This document shows, piece by piece, positions 57,433 to 64,000 of a DNA stretch of 64,000 bases. This DNA is from Rhodocyclaceae bacterium. GTDB lineage: Bacteria; Pseudomonadota; Gammaproteobacteria; Burkholderiales; Rhodocyclaceae. A program made the position numbers and the translations under genes. Position 1 is the first letter of the stretch; every line of letters starts with the position of its first letter. Under the pieces are notes generated by a model. The model had not been told where the DNA came from. It searched no databases and was given only the letters and a program-made list of their open reading frames with translations. The DNA lies in assembly GCA_034004685.1 (NCBI GenBank), contig JAVEWG010000016.1, positions 383-64,382 on the forward strand, read 5' to 3'.

Positions 57433-58497
57433 TTAAAGCGCGGCGACCGGGTAGGAGCCCAGCACCTTGACGAAGGCGGCCCGCTCCTTCAACTCGGCCA
57501 GGGCCGCCCCGAGGGCCGGATCGGACTGGTGGCCCTCCACATCAATGTAGAAGACATATTCCCAAAGGCCCGAGCGGGCCGGCCGGGACTGAAACTTGGT
57601 CATGCTCACCCCGTGGCGGGCCAGGGGCTCCAGCAGCGCGTGCATGGCGCCCGGCCGATTCGCGGCGGAACACACCAGGGAGGTCTTGTCCCGCCCCGAC
57701 GGCCCCGCGTCGTGCTTGGCAATCACCAGGAAGCGGGTGGTGTTGTTGGGATCGTCCTCGATATGTTGAGCCAGGGTGGCGAGCCCGTATTCCTCGGCGG
57801 CAGCTTCCCCGGCAATGGCGCAAGCGCCCTCTTCCTCCGCCGCCAGCCGCGCAGCCTCCCCGTTGCTGACCACCGGAATCCGGGGCACCCCCGGCAATTG
57901 ACGATTGAGCCATTCGTGGCACTGGGCCAGGGACTGGGCGTGAGAATAGACCCGCTTGACCTCTCCCAGGCTGGCGCAACGGGACAGGGCATTCTGGTGG
58001 ATACGCAGGGTCACCTCGCCGCAGACCTGCAACGGGCTGGAGAGCATCAGGTCGAGCGTGCGACCCACCGCCCCTTCGGTGCTGTTTTCCACGGGCACCA
58101 CGCCATAGTCGGCGTTGCCCGCCTCCACCGCCCGGAACACGTCATCGATGGCGCCGCTGGGCAGGAACTCCGGGGCCGCGCCGAATTGCTTGCGGGCCGC
58201 GCCTTCCGAAAAAGTGCCGGCCGGGCCCAGGTAGGTAACGCGGAGGGGTTTCTCGACAGCCAGGCAGGCGGACATGATCTCCCGAAAGATCCGCAGCACC
58301 GCCGCCTCGGGCAAGGGGCCCGGGTTAAGCTCGGCCAGCCGGCGCAGCACCTGGGCCTCCCGCTCGGGCCGATAGATCGCCCCTTGCTTGAGAGCACCGA
58401 TACGCTCGGCGCAATGAGCCCGTTCCGACATGCGGGCGAGGATTTCTTCGTCGAGACAATCGATGCGCTTGCGCAGATTCAGGAGTTCGTCACTCAT
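57433..58497 (-). CDS. pheA: bifunctional chorismate mutase / prephenate dehydratase
   Basis: Start placed at ATG 58497 (MSDELLNLRKRIDCLDEEIL..., CM domain). PDT domain ...VTYLGPAGTFSE... and ACT domain ...TRFLVI...TSLV.... Confidence 0.93.
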   Translation of the reverse strand: MSDELLNLRKRIDCLDEEILARMSERAHCAERIGALKQGAIYRPEREAQVLRRLAELNPGPLPEAAVLRIFREIMSACLAVEKPLRVTYLGPAGTFSEGAARKQFGAAPEFLPSGAIDDVFRAVEAGNADYGVVPVENSTEGAVGRTLDLMLSSPLQVCGEVTLRIHQNALSRCASLGEVKRVYSHAQSLAQCHEWLNRQLPGVPRIPVVSNGEAARLAAEEEGACAIAGEAAAEEYGLATLAQHIEDDPNNTTRFLVIAKHDAGPSGRDKTSLVCSAANRPGAMHALLEPLARHGVSMTKFQSRPARSGLWEYVFYIDVEGHQSDPALGAALAELKERAAFVKVLGSYPVAAL

Positions 58498-58507
58498 CGG
58501 GTTGTTC

Positions 58508-59605
58508 TCAGCCGTTGCGTCGTGCGAAATCGCGCATGAAGTCCACCAGGGCCGCCACTCCCTCCAGGGGCATGGCGTTGTAGATGGAGGCACGCATGCC
58601 CCCCACCGACTTGTGACCCTTAAGCTGCACCAGGCCGGCGGCCTTGGCCTCAGCCAGGAAGGCCTCGTTGCGGGATTCGTCCTTGAGGAAGAAAGGCACG
58701 TTCATCCGCGAGCGGCAGGCCTGGGCCACCCGGTTCTCATAAAAGCCGCTACCGTCCAGGTAGTCGTAGAGCAGGCCGGCCTTGGCGATGTTGCGGGCCT
58801 CGATGGCCGCCACCCCGCCCTGGCGCTTGAGCCACTGGAACACCAGCCCGGCGATATAGATGGAATAGGTGGGCGGGGTGTTGTACATGGAGCCGTTATC
58901 GGCCACCACTCGGTAGTCAAAGGCACTGGGGCATTCCCGGCGTGCCCGGCCAAGGAGATCTTCCCGGATGATGACCAGGGTGAGGCCTGCCGGCCCGATG
59001 TTCTTTTGGGCGCCGCCGAACAATAGACCGTACTTGGAAAAGTCGATGGGCCTGGAAAGGATGTGGGACGACACATCAGCCACCACCGGGATCTCCGGCC
59101 GGCCCAGGGCGGCCATATCCGGGTCGAAGGGGTACTCCACCCCACCGATGGTTTCGTTGGTGCACACGAACAGGTAGGCAGGATCCCTGGAAAGTTGCCA
59201 GGTTTCCTGAGGCGGCACGGTGGTAAAGCCGCTCCCCTCACTGCTGGCCGCCACATGGGCCGTGCAGTACTTGCCCGCTTCCTTTTGGGATTTGGTGGTC
59301 CACGAACCGGTCAGCACGTAGTCCGCGCAGGTCTTTTCCCCCAGCAGATTGAGGGGAATGATGGCGTTCTCGCCAATCGCCCCGCCCTGCATGAAGAGGA
59401 TGCGGAAGTTCGCCGGCACTGCCAGGAGTTCCCGCAGGTCGGCCTCGGCTTGCTCGAAGATGGCGGTGAATTCCTTGCCGCGATGGCTCATCTCCATCAC
59501 GCCCATGCCGGAACCCCGCCAGTCGAGCATTTCCGCCGCGGCCTGCTCCAGCACCTCCTGGGGCAACATGGCCGGACCGGGGCTGAAATTGAAAACCCGC
59601 GTCAC
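58508..59605 (-). CDS. serC: phosphoserine aminotransferase
   Basis: (M)[21 protein letters not shown]...; 365 aa. GTG start at 59605 overlaps the gyrA stop (GTGA). Confidence 0.95.
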   Translation of the reverse strand: MTRVFNFSPGPAMLPQEVLEQAAAEMLDWRGSGMGVMEMSHRGKEFTAIFEQAEADLRELLAVPANFRILFMQGGAIGENAIIPLNLLGEKTCADYVLTGSWTTKSQKEAGKYCTAHVAASSEGSGFTTVPPQETWQLSRDPAYLFVCTNETIGGVEYPFDPDMAALGRPEIPVVADVSSHILSRPIDFSKYGLLFGGAQKNIGPAGLTLVIIREDLLGRARRECPSAFDYRVVADNGSMYNTPPTYSIYIAGLVFQWLKRQGGVAAIEARNIAKAGLLYDYLDGSGFYENRVAQACRSRMNVPFFLKDESRNEAFLAEAKAAGLVQLKGHKSVGGMRASIYNAMPLEGVAALVDFMRDFARRNG

Positions 59606-62223
59606 GCCGTGCCTCCTTCGCCCTCATCAGGTTGAACCGGTTTGCCACCGGCTTCATCGGCTTCGCCCTCGGCGAGATCCTCGGGCTCGTCTTCGGACTC
59701 GGCCACCTTTTCGATGCCCGCCAGCCAGGTGCCCTCATCCAGGTTGATCAGGGTCACCCCCTGGGTGGAACGGCCCATCTCCCGGATATCCGTCACCCGG
59801 GTGCGGATCAACACGCCACCGGTGGAGATCAGCATGATCTCGTCCTTGGGTTCCACCAGCACCGCCCCCACCAGGCTGCCGTTACGCTCGCTGGTCTGAA
59901 TCGCGATCATGCCCTTGGTGCCCCGGCCGTGGCGGGTGTATTCCGCCACTGGCGTGCGCTTGCCGTAACCGTTCTCGGTCACCGTCAGCACCGACAGCTC
60001 CTCGCTGCTGGCCACCAGCATGGCGATCACCCGCTGCCCCTCCTCCAGGGTCATGCCCCGCACGCCCCGGGCCTCCCGGCCCATGGGCCGCACGTCGCCC
60101 TCGGCAAAGCGCACCGCCTTGCCGGCATCGGAGAACAGCATCACGTCGCATTGCCCGTCGGTGATGGCCACCCCGATCAGGTGGTCACCATCGTCCAGAT
60201 TCACCGCGATGATGCCGGCCTTGCGAGGGTTAGCGAAGGCGGTCAGCGCCGTCTTCTTCACCGTGCCTTCGGCGGTAGCCATGAATACGAAATGATTCTC
60301 GTCGAAGGCCTGGACCGGCAGGACGGCGGTGATCTTCTCCCCATCCACCAACGGGAAAAGGTTCACGATGGGCCTCCCCCGGGAGCCCCGGGTGCCTTCC
60401 GGCACTTCATAGACCTTGAGCCAGTAAGCCCGACCCCGGCTGGAGAAGCACAGGATGGTGTCGTGGGTGTTGGCCACGAACAGGCGGTCGATGAAGTCCT
60501 CGTCCTTCATGGAGGTGGCCTGCTTGCCTCGCCCGCCCCGGCGCTGAGCCCGGTAATCGGCCAGAGGCTGGCGCTTGAAGTAGCCGCCGTGGGAGAGGGT
60601 CACCACCATGTCTTCTGGGGCGATGAGGTCCTCGATGTTGATCTCGGCAGTGTTGAACACCACCTCAGAGCGGCGCGGGTCGCCGAACTGGTTCTTGATG
60701 GCGGTGAGTTCCTCGCCAATGATGGTGGTGATCCGGGCCGGGGTGGCCAGGATGTCCAGCAGGTCGGCGATGAGATCCATGACCTCCCGGTACTCCGCTA
60801 CGATCTTGTCCTGCTCCAGGCCGGTAAGCCGTTGCAGGCGCAACTCCAGGATCGCTTGGGCCTGGACGTCGGAAAGCACATAGCCCTGGGCAGACAGGCC
60901 GAACTCCGGTGCCAGGCCCTCCGGACGATAGCTGTCGGCGACGGCACGGCTCAACATCTCTTCCACTAGGGCGGAGCGCCACTGGCGGGCCATCAGTTCC
61001 CGTTTGGCATCAGCCGGGGTGGGCGCCGCCTTGATCAGGGCGATGATCTCATCCACGTTGGACAGGGCTACCGCCAGGCCTTCCAGGACGTGCCCCCGGT
61101 CCCGGGCCTTCTTCAGCTCAAAAATGGTGCGACGGGTCACCACCTCCCGGCGATGGGCCAGGAAGCACTCGATCATCTGCTTGAGGTTGAGGAGGCGCGG
61201 CTTGCCATCCACCAGGGCCACCATGTTCATGCCGAAGGTGTCCTGGAGCTGGGTCTGCTTGAACAGGTTGTTGAGCACCACCTCGGCCACTTCGCCGCGC
61301 TTCAACTCGATCACCACCCGCATGCCGGACTTGTCGGACTCGTCCCGGATTTCGCTGATGCCCTCGATCTTCTTCTCGTTGACCAGTTCGGCGATCTTCT
61401 CAAGCAGGGTCTTCTTGTTCACCTGATAGGGCAGCTCATCGACGATGATGGCCTGACGGTCGCCCTTGCCGATGTCCTCGAAGTGGGTGCGCGCCCGCAT
61501 CACCACCCGGCCCCGACCGGTGCGATAGCCCTCGTGGACGCCATGCAACCCGTAGATCAGGGCCGCGGTGGGGAAATCCGGCGCCTGGACAATACGGATC
61601 AAATCCTCGATATCGGTGTCCGGGCTGGCCAACAGGGCCAGGCAGGCATCCACCACTTCGTTCAGGTTGTGGGGCGGAATGTTGGTAGCCATCCCCACCG
61701 CGATCCCGGACGAACCGTTGATCAGCAGATTGGGGATGCGGGCCGGCAGGATCTGAGGTTCCTTTTCGGAGCCGTCGTAGTTAGGCCCGAAGTCCACCGT
61801 TTCCTTGTCGATATCCGCCAGCAACTCATGACCGATCCGGGCCATGCGGATTTCGGTGTAACGCATTGCCGCCGCGTTGTCCCCATCCACCGAACCAAAG
61901 TTGCCCTGGCCGTCCACCAACATGTAGCGCAAGGAAAAATCCTGGGCCATCCGCACGATGGTGTCATAGACGGCCGAATCCCCGTGGGGGTGGTACTTAC
62001 CGATCACGTCCCCGACAATACGGGCCGACTTCTTGTAAGCCCGGTTCCAGTCGTTATTGAGTTCGTGCATGGCGAAGAGCACCCGCCGATGCACCGGCTT
62101 GAGCCCGTCCCGGGCATCGGGCAGGGCACGCCCGACGATCACGCTCATGGCGTAATCCAGATAGGAGTGACGCATCTCCTCTTCGAGGCTGATGGGCAGG
62201 GTCTCTTTGGCGAACTGGATCAT
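59602..62223 (-). CDS. gyrA: DNA gyrase subunit A
   Basis: 873 aa. ...[12 protein letters not shown]...[26 protein letters not shown]... (QRDR) and the active-site AAMRYTE. Acidic C-terminal tail. Confidence 0.98.
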   Translation of the reverse strand: MIQFAKETLPISLEEEMRHSYLDYAMSVIVGRALPDARDGLKPVHRRVLFAMHELNNDWNRAYKKSARIVGDVIGKYHPHGDSAVYDTIVRMAQDFSLRYMLVDGQGNFGSVDGDNAAAMRYTEIRMARIGHELLADIDKETVDFGPNYDGSEKEPQILPARIPNLLINGSSGIAVGMATNIPPHNLNEVVDACLALLASPDTDIEDLIRIVQAPDFPTAALIYGLHGVHEGYRTGRGRVVMRARTHFEDIGKGDRQAIIVDELPYQVNKKTLLEKIAELVNEKKIEGISEIRDESDKSGMRVVIELKRGEVAEVVLNNLFKQTQLQDTFGMNMVALVDGKPRLLNLKQMIECFLAHRREVVTRRTIFELKKARDRGHVLEGLAVALSNVDEIIALIKAAPTPADAKRELMARQWRSALVEEMLSRAVADSYRPEGLAPEFGLSAQGYVLSDVQAQAILELRLQRLTGLEQDKIVAEYREVMDLIADLLDILATPARITTIIGEELTAIKNQFGDPRRSEVVFNTAEINIEDLIAPEDMVVTLSHGGYFKRQPLADYRAQRRGGRGKQATSMKDEDFIDRLFVANTHDTILCFSSRGRAYWLKVYEVPEGTRGSRGRPIVNLFPLVDGEKITAVLPVQAFDENHFVFMATAEGTVKKTALTAFANPRKAGIIAVNLDDGDHLIGVAITDGQCDVMLFSDAGKAVRFAEGDVRPMGREARGVRGMTLEEGQRVIAMLVASSEELSVLTVTENGYGKRTPVAEYTRHGRGTKGMIAIQTSERNGSLVGAVLVEPKDEIMLISTGGVLIRTRVTDIREMGRSTQGVTLINLDEGTWLAGIEKVAESEDEPEDLAEGEADEAGGKPVQPDEGEGGTA

Positions 62224-62405
62224 TGGCGCGCAGCGGAAGTCCGCGAGAATCCGAAACGAACGATATTACCACGGCGGCCCCACCCCTTTCCCGCCCCAGT
62301 GGCATGGCCGGCCAACAACAGCAAGCCCGTTTGGCGACACCCAACGCCTTGCTTACACTCAACCACCGGCGACTGCCTCAAAACCCCGTACAGCAAGGAC
62401 CCCCG

Positions 62406-63719
62406 ATGGAAAATATCGACCTGCTGATCAGCCCCCGCTGGATCATTCCGGTAGAACCCTCCGGCGTGATCCTGGAGGGACACAGCCTGGCGGTGAAGGG
62501 CGAGCTTATCCATGGAATTTTGCCCCGGGAGGAAGCCCTGGCACGCTTCGCCCCCCGGCAGACCCTGGATCTGCCCGACCACGCCCTCATCCCCGGTCTG
62601 GTCAATCTCCATGCCCACAGCGCCATGAGCCTGCTGCGAGGCATCGCCGACGATCTCCCCCTCATGCGCTGGCTGCAAGAAGCCATCTGGCCAGCGGAAG
62701 GCCGCCTGGTTTCCCATGATTTCGTCCGGGACGGCACCCTCCTGGCCGCCGCCGAAATGCTGCGCGGAGGCATTACCACCTGCAATGACATGTATTTCCA
62801 TCCGCAGGCGGCAGCCGAAGCCTATGACCTGGCCGGCATGCGGGCGGTGGTCGGCATGGTGGTGATCGACTTCCCCACGCCCTACGCCAGCAGCGCCGAC
62901 GAATACTTTCGCAAGGGCCTCGCCGCCATGGAAGCCTGGCACGACCAAGGCGACCTCCTGTTTGCCATCGCGCCCCACGCACCCTACACCGTTTCCGACG
63001 AAAACCTGAGCCGTTGCCTCAGCCTCGCCGAAGAACTACAAATCCCGATTCACATGCATGTGCATGAAACCCGCCAGGAAATCGAGGAAAGCCTGGCCCG
63101 ATTTGGTCTGCGCCCCCTGGAGCGACTCACCAAACTCGGCCTGCTGGGGCCGGCATTCATCGCGGTCCACGCCGTGCACCTCACCTCGGAAGAGATCAGC
63201 CTGCTGGCCCGCCACCAATGCGGAATCGCCCATTGCCCAACATCCAACATGAAATTGGCCAGTGGAATTGCACCGAGTCGGGATCTCAACGCCGCCGGCC
63301 TCAACGTTGGCCTGGGTACCGATGGAGCGGCCAGCAACAACCGCCTCGACCTCTTTCGGGAGATGAACATCGCCAGTTTGCTAGCCAAGGCATCAACAAA
63401 CGACGCCACCAGCATTCCGGCAGCCCAAGCTCTGCGCATGGCAACCCTATCCGGTGCGGCAGCCCTGGGGCTTGCGGATCGGCTCGGGACCCTGGAAACC
63501 GGCAAATTGGCTGACCTGTGCGCGGTATCCTTCGCCGAATTCGAAATGAACCCATGCCACGACCCTATTTCCCATCTGGTCAATGTCGCGGACCGAAGAC
63601 TGGTAACCCACGTCTGGGTTGGCGGAAAGCCTCGCATTTCGGAGGGGAAGCTGTTGCGTGTATGCAACACCGATTTGGTTGCGATTTCAGCCCTATGGCA
63701 GAATAAAACATGTAACTAA
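62406..63719 (+). CDS. mtaD: TRZ/ATZ-family amidohydrolase, 5-methylthioadenosine/S-adenosylhomocysteine deaminase-like
   Basis: Start placed at ATG 62406 (MENIDLLISPRWIIPVEP...). ...GLVNLHAHSAMSLLRG..., ...HMHVHET..., ...GLGTDGAASNN... are metal-ligand motifs of this family. The upstream part of track ORF 62223..63719 is not credible. Confidence 0.8.
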   Translation: MENIDLLISPRWIIPVEPSGVILEGHSLAVKGELIHGILPREEALARFAPRQTLDLPDHALIPGLVNLHAHSAMSLLRGIADDLPLMRWLQEAIWPAEGRLVSHDFVRDGTLLAAAEMLRGGITTCNDMYFHPQAAAEAYDLAGMRAVVGMVVIDFPTPYASSADEYFRKGLAAMEAWHDQGDLLFAIAPHAPYTVSDENLSRCLSLAEELQIPIHMHVHETRQEIEESLARFGLRPLERLTKLGLLGPAFIAVHAVHLTSEEISLLARHQCGIAHCPTSNMKLASGIAPSRDLNAAGLNVGLGTDGAASNNRLDLFREMNIASLLAKASTNDATSIPAAQALRMATLSGAAALGLADRLGTLETGKLADLCAVSFAEFEMNPCHDPISHLVNVADRRLVTHVWVGGKPRISEGKLLRVCNTDLVAISALWQNKTCN

Positions 63720-63806
63720 GGACACGGTCCGAATCCTTGATAGCGCTTATCAAGCGCGGCCATCGGACCATCAGTTTCCCAACCCGTGCCTTGCGACGAG
63801 GAGAAT

Positions 63807-64000
63807 ATGATCAAACAAATTAGAAAACAGGCGCTCATGGCAGCTGCCATCGCCACTCTCGGCCTGACCGCCACCGCTAGCTTCGCCCAATCCGCCAAGG
63901 ACATCGTGGTCGATGGCAAGGGCGAGATTCCCTACGTGATCGACGGTCGCAACGTTGTTGCCCGCAGCGGTTTTGGTCTGTGCTGGCGCACTGGCTACTG
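63807..64000 (+). CDS. OmpA-family outer membrane protein, N-terminal fragment (runs off the window)
   Basis: GAGGAG lies 4 nt upstream of ATG 63807. Signal peptide MIKQIRKQALMAAAIATLGLTATASFAQ, then ...VARSGFGLCWRTGY, which resembles betaproteobacterial OmpA-like N-termini. Partial. Confidence 0.6.
   Translation, partial: MIKQIRKQALMAAAIATLGLTATASFAQSAKDIVVDGKGEIPYVIDGRNVVARSGFGLCWRTGY

Noticed and set aside
63736-63754. A CTTGATA-gcgct-TATCAAG hairpin (nested in ggtccga...tcggacc, 63726-63769) upstream of the OmpA-like gene, considered as an FNR/CRP box.
   Set aside because: The half-site spacing (7 nt between TTGAT and ATCAA) is wrong for FNR/CRP. It is more simply a stem-loop after mtaD. 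With no T tract I do not call it a terminator either.

Overview
This is a high-GC (roughly mid-60s % by eye) proteobacterial chromosome segment. Gene content and order look like a betaproteobacterial core region: gyrA-serC-pheA-hisC-tyrA-aroA/cmk-rpsA-ihfB-lapAB-ugd-cysM; thrS-infC-rpmI-rplT-pheST-ihfA-merR; rpsP-rimM-trmD-rplS; ilvIHC-pssA; flhBA; pepN; nadC. I can support about 60 protein genes, two tRNAs (Pro-GGG, Val-GAC), several intrinsic terminators and three sigma70-like promoters. I saw no rRNA, CRISPR array, transposase, integrase, prophage, toxin-antitoxin or recognisable defence gene. I found no compelling evidence for a wholly new system. The less ordinary parts, in order of interest: (1) a nitric-oxide-reductase accessory set (norE, norF, norQ ... 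norD) with no norCB anywhere in the window. It is split by a convergent 1416-aa hybrid histidine kinase plus a PAS-only partner, and norD sits in an operon with a DUF4870-like membrane protein and a NapH/CcoG-like Fe-S membrane protein. (2) A co-directional five-gene cluster of unknown function (84-aa protein, DUF2889, cupin, EEP nuclease/phosphatase, single-EamA transporter), preceded by an untracked 45-codon membrane ORF. (3) Small non-coding elements: a GTAG-headed REP doublet, a 151-bp long-hairpin MITE-like element, and a lower-GC spacer beside tRNA-Pro. (4) Gene fusions (aroA-cmk, tandem ACAD) and an orphan PilZ-domain protein. All family assignments come from motif recognition by eye; no searches were run.
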